A stretch of DNA of 64,000 bases, taken from NCBI GenBank assembly GCA_973895155.1, contig OZ316895.1, forward strand, positions 7,800,184 through 7,864,183, in the 5' to 3' direction. Positions 33,301 through 45,929 of this stretch are shown piece after piece; position 1 is the stretch's first letter, and each line of letters opens with the position of its first letter. Under the pieces are notes generated by a model that saw only the letters and a list, made by a program, of their open reading frames with translations, had not been told where the DNA came from and made no database searches. Origin of the DNA: Marsupella aquatica (Eukaryota > Plantae > Marchantiophyta). A program made the position numbers and the translations under genes.

Positions 33301-35301
33301 GACGGTCGAGTGTTTGTAGTCTAGTTTCGAAGAAGTTGGTCCTGTTGGCGATTCTGTCACTGATTTTCTGTCATTCCGTCATGTTTGGTTGATGGGGCAG
33401 GCAAGGATTGAGTCCACTCATGAGGTGTTGGAGATAGGATTCGGATGGGGCAGCATGGCTATAGAAATAGTTCGGCGTACAGGTTGTCGGTGTACAGGAA
33501 TCACACTATCGGAAGAGCAGCTAAAGTTCGCTCAAAAGCGAGTCAAAGAAGCCGGACTTGAGGTTTTAATTTCTTTCGTGATCTCCTTCTGCCATTTTTA
33601 CATGTCCAGTCATCAGACTATCAGATTGAGACAAGCATACTCACGTGACGTGCACTGCAATTCAATGGTTTGCGCTTGTGTCTAATTTCACACAACTGTG
33701 GCTCTACATATCTGAGTCATTGTGTTTGTTTTGCAGAACTCTATTACATTCTTGTTATGTGATTATCGACTCTTACCTGATAATCATAAGTATAATAGGA
33801 TAATATCCTGGTGAGCACTACAGACGACTGACCTTTGTTCAAGCAATTAAGCCTACAATAGAATCATTGCATTATCTTGGGACCCTGTTTATCAGTACTT
33901 ATTCACGACTTAAAATCACATCTTTAGAGCTAATTTGCTTGGCTGGAGGGTGGAATCCTATGCATTGATCCACGATCTTTATGCTGTTGCAGTGAAATGT
34001 TGGAGGCTGTTGGACACGAGTATTATCAGGAATTTTTCAGCACATGTGATCGCCTTCTTGCACATGATGGACTAGTTGTGTTGCAGGCAAGTCTTCCCAC
34101 CTTAATATGTTTTGTTGATCTGAGTTATTCTCTCCAAGGAGGGACAGTTTCTCAGTTTTTCGTTTACCGCGCAGACAATTTCAATACCTGAAGAGAGGTA
34201 TGACGAGTATCGAAGGAGCTCCGATTTTATTAAGGAGTACATCTTCCCTGGAGGCAATTTACCATGTCTCGCTGTTTTAACAGCAGCGATGAAAGCTGGA
34301 TCAACATTCTGGTATTGGACTTTGTCTTTGAATTTCGGAAGTATTGTTGCATGGTAGTTAAACTGGCAGAACTGGCACAGATTTTATTTGTTCATATAAC
34401 CTGTGAGACTATTACTGCTGAGTGTTTGGATTCAAGGTTTCGAAGAAGCAATTTTCTCACATGGATACTGGTATTGGTATTGCCGCACAGTGTGGAGCAC
34501 TTGGAGAATATTGGAATACACTACTATCAAACATTGATCCTCTGGCGAGAAAATTTTCTTGCCCAAAGCAGGTGTGAAATTACCCTTTTATTTAGCTGAA
34601 AATAAGTTTATCCCTGCAAACTAAGAGAGATACCTAGAAGACACATCAGACTTGTGGTTAACTCCTATTTGTAAATGATAGAGTTGATTGCTCTTTGCTC
34701 AAAATATTAATCCACAAACATTTAGTACAAAGTTTCGAAGTATCAAGATAAACAATCTATCTTTTTTGAACTCTAAACAAACTATCTTTTTTGAACAGTG
34801 AAATTAGACGTCTAGGGTTCAGCGAGAAATTCCTTCGAACGTGGGATTACTACTTCATGTACTGTGCTGCGGGTTTTCTCACTTGTACAATAGGGAATTT
34901 CCAGGTACCTCTGCTCGTAATTTTTGCATTTGTGCAGCTCTCTTCTGCTCGTTAGTTTTGTCACCCTTTGTCACCCTTCGCTAACTTTCTACTGGGTCGT
35001 ATCAATGAAGTTTATAATTTTGAAAATACAATATCACATTTTTTGAAGATGGAATATCGTTGTTTTTCTAGATTAGATGTTCCTCGAGAATCATAATAAT
35101 CAACCTGTTGAAATCCAGTGAGCTTTGCATCATGCTTCACAAATAGTCGAATAGAAGAAATTTTACAGCTAGCTACTGAAAGCTGCCTCGTTCTTTGGGT
35201 TTGTGCAGTTGGTGCTTTCACGGCCTGGAAATGTTTCTGCTCTTGGGCATCCGTATGTCAGCTTTCCCATGGGGTTAAAGTCTCACCAGGAAGTCAAATG
35301 A
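27334..35301 (+). CDS. CPA-FAS: Plant cyclopropane-fatty-acyl-phospholipid synthase (N-terminal FAD amine-oxidase-type domain + C-terminal CMAS SAM methyltransferase); 24 exons: 27334-27507, 28560-28774, 28992-29100, 29321-29422, 29752-29811, 30013-30091, 30296-30446, 30572-30695, 30842-31022, 31256-31284, 31387-31535, 31848-31950, 32056-32157, 32278-32333, 32443-32566, 32769-32831, 33132-33191, 33401-33562, 33737-33810, 33993-34086, 34175-34311, 34491-34571, 34799-34904, 35209-35301
   Basis: MRVAVVGSGVAG..YERDSHIGGH, VTYPHM, AAWSAWNF, CGAYQGYGFHEDGLK, RRNISQHYDLSNDLFSLFLDETMTYSCA, VLEIGFGWG, GITLSEEQ, EMLEAVGHEY, FIKEYIFPGG, WDYYFMYCAAGF; splice sites and phases checked by hand. Confidence 0.95.
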
Positions 35302-35631
35302 CTGGAACATATTTGTTCATTGTTATCATCATTCTTTCACCATTATTGTATGTAATTTTCGTTCAATACAAATATGTGCAGCCATTTTGTGTAACAGGTA
35401 ACAGGTACACCATGCCTCTTTGTCCGTTAAAAGTCCCAATGTTAACGTCCAATCCTGACGTAATCCATGTCATTAAATCGTGCTATCCTTCAAGATAGAA
35501 GTCTCCGTAGTACGAGTACAACTTTTTCTCGTGGCAAACAAAATGAAAATAGCTGTTCTCTTCCTATAGAAGAGATCGGTTTTCGAAGGAATAACACCAA
35601 AGCCAGGGGAGATGGATTTGCCTTTCAGGGC

Positions 35632-35898
35632 ATTATTGAAGAAAAACGTGATTGTTCCCTTTGTAATTTTCAGGGCATTATTATTGAAGAAAACACACAC
35701 TCAAGCTGTAGATCAAGATTGTATTCAACTTTTACTAAAATTATTGAAAATAAAAATATCCAAGGTTTATTGAAGAAAAACGTGATTGTTCCCTTTGTAA
35801 TTTTCAGGGCATTATTGAAGAAAGCACACACTCAAGGTGTAGATCAAGATTGTATTCACCTTTTTTACTAAAATTATTGAAAATAAAAATATCCAAGG
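35632..35898. repeat. ~134-bp tandem duplication
   Basis: TTATTGAAGAAAAACGTGATTGTTCCCTTTG...AAAATATCCAAGG twice. Confidence 0.85.
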
Positions 35899-35995
35899 CC
35901 TTTCAGTGTATTAAGTTCTTCTTACCAGAGCATTATGTACAATCATAGCTCCTCAAAAACTGAACTGAAGCTTTTTTGTTGGGGTTCGGGCGGGT

Positions 35996-36157
35996 GGGAT
36001 CTGGGGCATTATATCCCCAATTCCCTGTAAACAAGATTATCCTGTTCACAGAAACCCTCCAAAAGTCGTTGGTATTGGGATCTGGGGCATTATATCCCCA
36101 ATTCCCTGTAAACAAGATTATCCTGTTCACATAAACCCTCCAAAAGTCGTTGGTATT
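35996..36157. repeat. ~81-bp near-perfect tandem duplication
   Basis: GGATCTGGGGCATTATATCCCC...CAAAAGTCGTTGGTATT twice. Confidence 0.9.
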
Positions 36158-37074
36158 TTCACCGAGGATTAAGGGCCATAAATTCCTTGCCAGCTTCCCT
36201 GACTTAAATCTTTGGTATTGGCACCCATCAGGGCCATGACTACTGAACCATAAATATATGAAGACTCATAAGGAGAGTTTAGGATTAGTAACTCATGAGC
36301 TGTTTGGGGTTATAGGCTCTTACCCCCTTGGGCTCAAAAACCCTTGGGTTACACCCATAAGAGCACTCCCACCAGTCTGCCAAACCAAATATCTAGGACA
36401 GCTAATGGTGGGCTTAGCTCATGCTAGCCAAAATGGCTTCCCATGGTTCCCCTAGATCCTATACACACCAGCCCGGTCCCCTCTTTTTTCCCACTTCAGC
36501 CTAGCACTGCCACACTCAACAAGTGGGCCTGGTGAGGCCCTTGAACTCACATCCTGCCTGCACTTTGAAGATTTGATGTTGGCACATGATCCTATGACTG
36601 AAAATGGTTGAGACTTAATTAAAATGTCTATGTTTGGGGTATCAGTCACACTTTCTTCTCCCACTCTATCAAACTCTTGTTATGTATAGGATAATGGAGG
36701 TCTAGTCTACTAGTCTGGGCTTACTAGTCTGTAACCATGTGACCAGAAAATAAAAAAAATCTAACCAGTTGTAACCAGGAAGCTTTACAGAGCTTTCTCA
36801 GGGCAGGGTTTAGGCTAAGACCCCTCCCAGACCTCCATTAGGGAGTCTCAAACCTTGGAGTTGCAGGAAAGAAATGATGCCTGAAACTATCAGTTTCAAT
36901 CTAGGTTCAGGCCACTTTTCTCCTGGGAATCCCTCCTAGACTGCGACAGTAGGCAGAAAAGCAAAGTTTGAGATGCCCTATTATAGTAATAATTAGTTTC
37001 CAGAAAAACTTACTTCTGGGCAAGAGATTATGAGAACAACAAGTCCCTCGCAAATTGTTTGCACACTACAGAAA

Positions 37075-37265
37075 AAATTATGATTTGATATGGATACATC
37101 CCTAAAGAAAAAAATATGATTTAATGTGGATACATGAGAATAGCAAGTACCTCCTAAAATGTTTACACACGACAGAAATTATGATTTGATGTGGGTACAT
37201 GATCCAACGGCTGCAAATGGGAAATTATGATTTGATGTGGATACATGATCCAAAGGCTACAAATG
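37075..37265. repeat. Short degenerate repeats AAATTATGATTTGATGTGGATACAT (4 copies)
   Basis: Copies near 37076, 37113, 37176 and 37222. Confidence 0.75.
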
Positions 37266-39351
37266 GTTGGACACAAATTCAAATGTCTGCGTTCGCAGAT
37301 CGTGCACACTTTCTTCTCCCGCTCTGTCAAACGCTTGTTGTGACTACAGAATGCGCTCCGGATGTTGGCTGATCCTAAGCTGGATCTGAGCTAGATAGGT
37401 ACCCATGGATCGCTGCTAGTTTGTCGTCAGTTGCATTGTGTGGAATTGAAATGCTGCACGGAGTAATGGAAGAAAATGTAGCAAATGAGTTTGAGATCTT
37501 CAATTACCAGCAAAACAATCGACATATGAATGGGATGGACATCATTTTTCGGTGCAGCATCTTGAATGTTTTGATGAATTCTTTGTGGTCAAAAGAATCG
37601 TACACAAGCAATATAGAAGCCAAATTATGCTCGTCCGTCTATTTTGACTCGGAGCTTGCTGGCGTTGGGAACTGTTTTGTGTCGATGCTCGTGTTATTTG
37701 AAGAATATTCAATCGAGCACGCCTATTTCACTAGTCAAGCGGTGTGGTTTTGCAGAAAGAACAAGTGTTTGGAGGTATGTGCTTAGGAACTGAACGTTAT
37801 CTATGCTTACAGAGTGTGATCGTTGTTTTGTGTCGATCGACAATGATCTCATACAGGGCCTCACATGCAGGATAGTTCTGATTAATTTATTACATCACGA
37901 GGACGCAACTTTCCTGAGCGATAATCACAATTATGAACATCAATGAAGCTATCTGTCTTTGCAAAATGATTCATTATAAGAATTCGACAGGCGTCAAGCA
38001 AATCGGTCAAGTAGTCTCCATTCTTTCTGGCGGTCAGTGGATCGACCGTAGTGTCATTTACCGGTGCCTTCGTTTGATTGATGAGAATTAGTACGGTATA
38101 TCAGTGGAATCAATTATGATATATTTAACCACCGGCCATGCCATCAGGCATTCTTTGCCCGTTTTTGAAGCTTTCTGTTTCGTTTGTTTTGTTTCATTTT
38201 GACCTGAACAAGGACAGGAAGGTGGCTTAGTGATTCATAGATACCGTAGTAACGATCGCATTCATCCCTGCTATATTGCTCGAGTTTCCGTGTGCTCTTC
38301 GGTGCATTAAGTGGTCAATTACAATTCCGTCAATAAATCATCTGTTTATTTCGCAGCAAACCGTAGGGCGGATACTAGCTAGGATGAACATGTTCTGCGA
38401 AGTACCATTGTTATATGGACTACCGCGTGGTCAAGAAGCTACTGTGTATGCATCGACCCAGCGACTGACACTAATGATAATTGTCATTCTGTCCATGTTC
38501 AGGTAGCCAAATAGCTCGGAGATTCTCGGCCCGATTCTCCGATAGAGAATTTGAATGGTCGTCAAGGGAATCGTTGTTTAAAATGGTCTCCATCAGACGA
38601 GCAAAGTCTCGACCGCTATGTCGTTAATTGATATTCAATTGACGAGGTTCGGATCAGATATACCGTACTTCACCGTCTCCACCATTGCTCACCCTTTATT
38701 TTCTACTTTGGTAAGCTTTTCATTTGCTCAGTTTGACGTAATATGCACGTAATGTTGGCTAATCCTAAGCTGGTATATGTGGACATTCATCCCTATCAGA
38801 TTCTTTAGTGTCCCTGTGTAGGTCGATTGAAAAGCTGCACACAAAGCAGATAGACTGAGGCGTAATCGGTCCAAGACACTGAAAGAACGATAACAATGTG
38901 GTGTTTTAGCAGCAAACGAGGAATGCACTTGCTTTGGTAATCCTCGTGCGGTCATGGAATCCCTGCTGCTTTTTTTTCCGAGTACACCTTGTATCTTTTT
39001 GTTCCTTGCCTTCATAATAAGATTGCGGTTTCGCTAGCCTTACGCTCTATCAATAATTACTTAACAACAAAGCACTCCAGGGACTCCATACAATCAATGA
39101 TCGTTTGCAATTCTCACTTTCGGTCATAAATTCGCAGATTGGTTGTAATCTTCTTGTGATCTTCGTATTATCAAAACGCAATCGATTGTTCCACTCTACG
39201 TTTTCCGCAGTGTGGATCGCTGCCAATACAATTTTCTAAATTCTTGTAGATTAACGAGCGGGACTGTATGTACAGGGTCTGTTTGGAAGTAAACGGCGTC
39301 TTTTACTGATAACGAAGATCTCAAACCATTGTCGAAGAAATTTACAAACTG

Positions 39352-39472
39352 TAGTCAATGTTACATCTATGTAGAGTGAATGAAGGACAGTCAATGTTAC
39401 ATCCTATGTAGAGTGAATGAAGGACTTCATAAGTCAATGTTAGATCCTATGTAGAGTGAATGAAGGACTTCA
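39352..39472. repeat. Three tandem ~37-42-bp units AGTCAATGTTACATCCTATGTAGAGTGAATGAAGGAC
   Basis: Read directly; downstream of the EXORDIUM gene. Confidence 0.85.
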
Positions 39473-39952
39473 TGAAAATGACACTCCGACGGTATCTACA
39501 ACTACATCCTATGGAGCTCTAATTACTTTATCACCCGAAAAACAGGCCGAGAAGGCCGCGACAGTATGGTCGACTAACATGCCAGCAGTATCAATTTCAT
39601 TGACATCTCTGCTACATCTCTTTCTAAGGCTCGATGCATATCCAATTGATATCATAATTATCCCCGCTAAGCTACCAAACGACGGTCCTTCATACCTCTT
39701 TGAATGACCAGAATTGGCGCTAACTACCAGTCGTGGCATTCACGACTGTGAGAAGCGAGGAAAATTAACAGTCTATTTGCTGAAAGCACCTACGGTGAAC
39801 TCTGCGCGAGATTACTCAGCGCCACCTCACTTGCATTGCCCGAGCAAGCCGCAGAAGCAGTTGAATGTCAGGATGGTCTTTAAACTACGGTAGTCGCCCA
39901 GAGACCTCTTCCCATGGTTGACTGATGGATGATTTGAAACATCGCAGACACT

Positions 39953-41008
39953 TCAAGATGGAGGTACACAAGTGAGCTTGGAGGGATCCCAGAGAGCAGG
40001 CATCAGGTACTTCCGTCCGTTGCTCCCATTGACGTTGTAGCTGGCTCCTGTTGTTGGATCCACCAACAGAGCACCGGGGTAGCCAGGGTACGAGCCCGCG
40101 CCAAATGTCCCAGCGCAAGCTGAGGCGCTTTCCAAGGGAGCGGACGCATCCCCCTGATAAAAACCATTGTTGAACGGATCTGTGGCAGTCCCGGCAAGAA
40201 TGACGGCCAAATTGATCACCATCCCGTCCATACCGACGTCTCCGTTCGGTGCCACCAATGGTGTGCCTTGGGGTCCGTAGCTGGGTTTGGCGAAGGGCCA
40301 AGCGCAGAGCCCCAAGCACTCGGGGGAACCGGCGGGGTTTCCAACCCATGCGTAGGGAAGCTGGCGCTCGTTGGTGGTGCCGATGGGAAGAGTGGCAAAG
40401 TGAGAGGCGCACGAGTTCATGCAGAAATCCTGCACCATGACGTCGCTGGCTGTGAGCACGAGGTAGATGCCATTGGAGTCGGACGGGAAAGTCGCAAGGG
40501 AGTTGACAACCAGCGTTTGAACATCGGTCTCCGTAAGACTCGTGCCCGCCGTGTAGCTCACCGATGTCTCCCCTGCCAAGAACATTTTTGAAGATACCGA
40601 GCCCCCGACGGAATTCTTGTAGCCGGAGGTGAGATTCCACCAGCTGCTGACCGTGGGACCGGTTTCCTTGGACGAGAACGACGCGAAGAAGTCCGTGACG
40701 ATAGATTTCTGGGCGGCGCTGAAGGTTCCGTACCAAATAAGATAGATAGGGATTCCTGCTGCAGCAGAGAGGATTGGCCCGTTATGGTAATTGAGGATAA
40801 GGGTCGGCGTTGGGACCAGAAATTTCAGGCTCCGACTCGCACCTAATTCCAAATCTAGCTCCGGCAATTGGTAAGATTTGTGTTGTTCGTCGAGCGGGGA
40901 AAGCAGGAAGCCCGGACGAGCGGAAGCGTAATGGGACTCAAAGCACATTAGTAGGAGCAGCGACCCCACTGTTTGCCTGAACTTTAGCTGGTACGAGCAA
41001 CTCGCCAT
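39953..41008 (-). CDS. EXO: EXORDIUM / phosphate-induced protein 1 (PHI-1) family, intronless, ~351 aa, likely secreted
   Basis: Hydrophobic N-terminal segment, LNYHNGPIL, IYLIWYGTFS..QKSIVTDF, PTVSSWW, VLTASDV.VQDFCM, YAWVGN, CAWPF, APNGDVGMDGMVINLA, ESASACAG.FG.G.YPGYPG, GRKYLMPALWDP; ATG at 41008. Confidence 0.95.
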   Translation of the reverse strand: MASCSYQLKFRQTVGSLLLLMCFESHYASARPGFLLSPLDEQHKSYQLPELDLELGASRSLKFLVPTPTLILNYHNGPILSAAAGIPIYLIWYGTFSAAQKSIVTDFFASFSSKETGPTVSSWWNLTSGYKNSVGGSVSSKMFLAGETSVSYTAGTSLTETDVQTLVVNSLATFPSDSNGIYLVLTASDVMVQDFCMNSCASHFATLPIGTTNERQLPYAWVGNPAGSPECLGLCAWPFAKPSYGPQGTPLVAPNGDVGMDGMVINLAVILAGTATDPFNNGFYQGDASAPLESASACAGTFGAGSYPGYPGALLVDPTTGASYNVNGSNGRKYLMPALWDPSKLTCVPPS

Positions 41009-42581
41009 TTGATACAAAATTTGAGGTGCAATGCACAGACTCTCAATTGCACCACAAAGTGAGAAAGTAGCTTATGGGCAGGGTCGCGAATGAACGATCA
41101 ATAGAATACAGGATAGCGAGATAGGAATGCGGAGAAGACACAGGGGACAATATAACGAAGGAAATTTGAAGAAAATAGGAGACTACGTTTTCCAAGCAAA
41201 TTGTCAAGACAGTGCTCGCAGAAAACCGGGGATTGGAGGTTCCCAATTGTGAATCTGACGGCAACTTCCTATCGATGTCTAAGAGATATCACGGAGTCGC
41301 AACGCGAACACTGGCAGATTGGTAGACCAGCAGCACTTGCTCACCGAATTTAGCTAATTTTGCTGTCACTGATCAATACAAGAGTACGCTGAGTTTAGAG
41401 GCGGGGTGGTATACTCAGAGCCGATTGTCCTGGGGAGAGTGAGAGACCGAGAAGTGTACCGACAGGAATCGACAAGCTACTACAAGTAGTTAATAAGGAT
41501 TCAGTCGGAGCTCCGGAGGACGGTGAAGAGAACCACAGCTACGAGCTGGACGCTTGGAGTCTGACGTGTACTGAGAAAAGCCCGTGAGCTGAGTATTAAA
41601 GGAAACGAAAGGCTGCTACATCCACTACTCTTCTGCAACGCTACAGACTTTGAGACCCACCTTGATTTCGAAAACAGTGTCCACGAGTGAAGAATGGGAA
41701 GGAGATGGCTTGGAATGGTCGAAGGGCAGGCCGGATATAAGAGCACGAAGGTGAGCAGTTCTTCGGACGTCACCTGGAGCTGACCAGGCAGGCCGTGCAA
41801 CCTAGTGTAGAGGCTACAAGCTCTTCGTAGGACGGGAAGACGGACTTCTTCTTGTGGCGGGGCCACGCTCAGTTACGGAACTTCCAACCTTGCCCCACCA
41901 CTTTGAAGCTGTGAAGCTGTGTTACCAATGCATGATTGTGTTACTTACAATTGCAGCATTAGTGTCTAAGGGTTGCTTCATAAAAGACTTGGGGGCCCAT
42001 TGCTTCTTTTCACTTCCAATGTAGATCTTTTAATGAGTTGAAACTGTTGGATTGGCTTTACAAGAGATGGGGCCATTCACGTATGATATCTCTGATTCTA
42101 TTGGAAAGTACTGTAGTTGGCCCAAGTAAAGCCGAAGTATATTCTAATGGGGAGGGTTGTTTTGCCTAGAATTTTAGACCGCCTTGCCATTACAGTAGTT
42201 AACATTCATATCCTCTTCTTCTTCTTTTTGGGCCTCGAACCAGATGAATTCATATCCTCTTTTGACTAGTCATCTCAGAATGTTTTTATTGCTCAGCTCG
42301 CTTTTCCTCAACATTTCTCAAGGTAAGAGCATAAAAGCTGCTTTGAGCAATTATCTAAGGACCATGCAGACTGCTCCCCCCTCAGCATCACCTTGAGCCC
42401 TACTCTTCGCGTCCAGGTAATTTGCACACGGAAAACTGACACTGAGGTAATTAAGCAAAACACGCACTGATTTAGCAAAATAATTGGGTTTATCATAGGC
42501 TAGATAAATCCGTCCAACCTGTGGGCACCTGCTATTGCATTTTGATGTGCAATTTACCTTTGATGTGCAATTACCGAGATG

Positions 42582-42626
42582 TCTACTCTACTCTACTCTA
42601 CTCTACTCTACTCTACTCTACTCTAC
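42582..42626. repeat. (TCTAC)9 microsatellite
   Basis: Perfect pentanucleotide run. Confidence 0.95.
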
Positions 42627-44099
42627 TACCGTAGTTCTGAGACTTCGGCGGTCTTGAGAAGTGTTGCTGCTGTACAGACTGACACAAGTAATGTGCGAGG
42701 ATCTAGAGGGCCCTAGCTTCAATTCGATGATTTCGGTGCATGCTCGCTTTTTGGCTAACAATGAGGTACGAGCTATTGTAGCTACCTTTGACACGAAGAC
42801 TGTACCTCCCGGTACACTTTGGCTACAACAGCTGCTACAAAGGGGACTCGACAGAGTATTGCATGGTACGGGGACTATGGTGGCAGGAGGATTGAGCCCT
42901 ATGGAGCGATGTGGGCGTTCGTCTTCCTTCCGTTTGGATAACTCTATGGACGAGTACTTCTGTTGCAGATTACGACAGGATTTCCCCGTGGTCGACTTCT
43001 GCAACACTATTTAACGCATATAGTGTGGGCCACACGATTTCTGTAGCCCTCCCAAAACTACTCTTCACTCCGTTAATCCAACCTGCCGCACACATTTTAT
43101 GGGCACACTAGTGATGTACACTTTAATACGTACCCTAGAGTTTTGAAACCGATGGAAGGCTAATGTAGTGTTGACCAGATTCCAACTTAGACTCTCTGAA
43201 GAGTTCGAGTAAAAAAACATATCTTACTCATATAGGCCTCATTAATCAGGCTGCAAAATGTTTCCCGCCAGGGTTGTCCGCCATGGTTGTCAGCCTGTCC
43301 AAAGAGTGGTTGGCGTGTGCACTGTACTTTAGGGGCCACCATTTTGATTTGTCCCCTGGCACCTACAGCAAAAATATTCATAGCAAAAAATCCTTAACTG
43401 AAAGTTGCACAAATTGGCAAAACAATCATGGAAGACAGGAAAGTCCCAGAGATACTCTGTGCCGACCACTATCAAGACTGTCTGACCATGTCTGTGAGTT
43501 GCGGAACTCGACTACCTTACCACTTAACTTCAGCATTGCTGACTTTGACTTGAGATCTTCTATGGTCCAAGCCTCCAGAACGGTCATTCGGTGGGGACTA
43601 ACTATGGGGAGACTTATGGGCAATGAAGTGTTGCACTAGCAAAAGCAATGCACTGAGCTGGTGGCATACACAAAAGACTTAGACTCGCATTGAGAGCTGG
43701 TCGGGTCATGGGAAGGGCTGATCTCAAGGGGGACCGTCCGGACTTTGACCTTTGAAGGCTTGAATGAAAGCTCTTCATGAGCCCAAGGCCAAAGAAGTTT
43801 ACAACGCGGCTCGAGTGTAGCCATTTGGGACCCTTGATTGACAACAAGTTCTGGGGGCCTCGCTGGGGGCCGGGCATGAGCACTGTGTTGGCCCGATCAC
43901 AACGGCTAAGACACTCCACCTGCAAATGTCTAAGTTATGGGCATAACAAGTTAATTGCGTGCCCATGACATGAAGTTGGAATCAAGGTTGAGGACCAAAT
44001 ATAGGGGACCAATTAAAGTTGGCCCAAGGGTGACAGATCTCCATAAGTATATATAACAGGAGTGGTGTCTACCTAGGGGCTAGGGGCGAACCCAAGTCA

Positions 44100-44975
44100 T
44101 GAAGCATGGTGGTAGCGCTACTAAGGGGAAACGCCAATGAAACAAAAATGACAATAACTCTTGGAAATATCTTAGGGAGAACCTTCATCCTCTTGAGCTC
44201 ATCAGGGTTTGGGAGTGCCTTTAGTTCTCAAGGTCTGCAGGGACTATCTTGCTCGCTTGCCAAATCCTGCTCAAATAGCAACCAGCTCGTGTTCAGTTTC
44301 TCACCAGAGCTTGGGTTGGGGAGAAAATGGCGGGGAAAATGGAGAGTAGACATGGGTGTTAAGGTTGAAGTGCATTTTCCCCCTAGACTCTCATCGGAGT
44401 TGGAGCCTTTTAAAAGATGGTTGCTAGAGTCGCGACCAAACTGGTCCCGGCATTTGGGATATGTTTGGGACAATCCTCGGGACAAGCAAGCTATTTGGAC
44501 CATGAGCATGTCTTGAAGGTACAGTAGTCAACTAGTGATGAATAGAAAGTGGGGAGGCTTGGGCGACACCTCGAGGGCGACACCCAGTAGCGGGGCTTGT
44601 TGGACAAACGATGGGTGTCGGTCTTAGCTTTTATTAGCTTATGGCAAGGCCATGTGGGCACGGAAGGTTCTATTTGTTGACCTACGTATTAATGATTGTT
44701 GAGCTTGAGGCAAGGAAATGGTCTTGGGGATCCAAGAATGATCATGACGGGTTACTTACCAAAGCGTTTGGTTGCTTGTGCAAACAGTAGGGATCATTGA
44801 GCGACGATCGTGCTAAGGAGCAAGTGTGACTTCGTATAGGAGTTTCCGCAGGCAGTGATAGAGGCATTGAGTTGCTTGCTCGTGGTTCTGTGTAGGTGTT
44901 CGAGCACCAAGGGTACTTGGGCAAGAGTACTTGGTTTGGTGAGGGCATTGGGTGGCTAAGTCCACCACTTTATGC
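44100..44975. repeat. Dispersed degenerate repeat, copy 1 (homologous to 48590-49425); probable old TE fragment
   Basis: Shared blocks CTATCTTGC.CGCTTGCCAAATCCTG, GGTTGCTAGAGTC, TTGGTTGCTTGTGCA.ACAGT, GACTTCGTAT, AGTTGCTTGCTCG. Confidence 0.75.
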
Positions 44976-45394
44976 CCAAAACAAGGAGCCAAAAAGGATG
45001 GGTAATAAACTCAAACTAAAAGAATTTTAGCTCAAAAAGACCAAAAATTTCAACACACATTGACCTACCAAGCAAGAAGTGTGAACACACTTCTCATTTT
45101 TCCAGCACTTAAAAAACTTTCTAAGGCAAAAAATGGTTGGATACAGATTTGTATTTGTGAGGCAAAAGCCTTTTTGATAGAAAAAATTCAAAGAAAATAA
45201 CAATTGAATACAAAGGGGATCCGCATATCCACTTTTGGATCGAACGAGCATTTTGGATGCTCAAAAAGCCCAAGCCCGTGTAAGTGTCCAAATTTTATAT
45301 TGCTTGTGTGGTCATTCTAATATATTGCTCGACTGTGGTTATCCCTAACCAACTATGGTCAACTCTAAGGCAAGGTGCAATTTTGTTGAAAGCA

Positions 45395-45760
45395 TTTTTG
45401 GAATCGGCCGGAAAAAACAGATACACGGTCAATCCATTGTCGTGTTCATATTGCATTTTTGCAGTCGATCGGAAAAGATGAATCCACCAATATATTCACT
45501 TTGGTATTCATGTTGTATTTTTGGAATCATTCCAAAAAAATGGATGCATGGATCCAGTTTTGTATTCATATTGCATTTTTTAGAGTCAATCAAAAAAATG
45601 GATCCATTTTTGTATTCAAATTGCATTTTTTGGAATCGGTCGGAAAAATAGATCCACCGATCGAGTTTGGTATTCGTATTGCGTCTCTAGAGTCAGCCAA
45701 AAACAATGGATGCATGTCAGTATCTAGGTTGGTATTCATATTGCATTTTTAGAGTCAATT
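45395..45760. repeat. Degenerate ~50-62-bp tandem repeat (TATTCATATTGCATTTTT.GAGTC...AAAAAATGGAT), typical of DNA-transposon subterminal arrays
   Basis: About six diverged copies read directly. Confidence 0.7.
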
Positions 45761-45929
45761 TTGGAATCCAAGATTGTATTCGGCTTGGGCTTTTTCAGGG
45801 TATTGGTTTGTAGGGTTATCATTCGAGAGAACTTGGACTAAGTTGACAAACTACGTTAGGGGATTGTGGTTTCCTCAGAAGCATTTGCGTCTCGGGGTCC
45901 TCAATTGTTTTTTTCTACCCATCACATGG

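Noticed and set aside
39885-40736. 283-aa overlapping ORF in another frame of the EXORDIUM gene
   Set aside because: Expected from GC-rich codon usage; Arg-rich with no recognisable motif.
42618-43014. Overlapping 117-aa and 129-aa ORFs next to the microsatellite
   Set aside because: No ATG context or motif support; likely chance ORFs.
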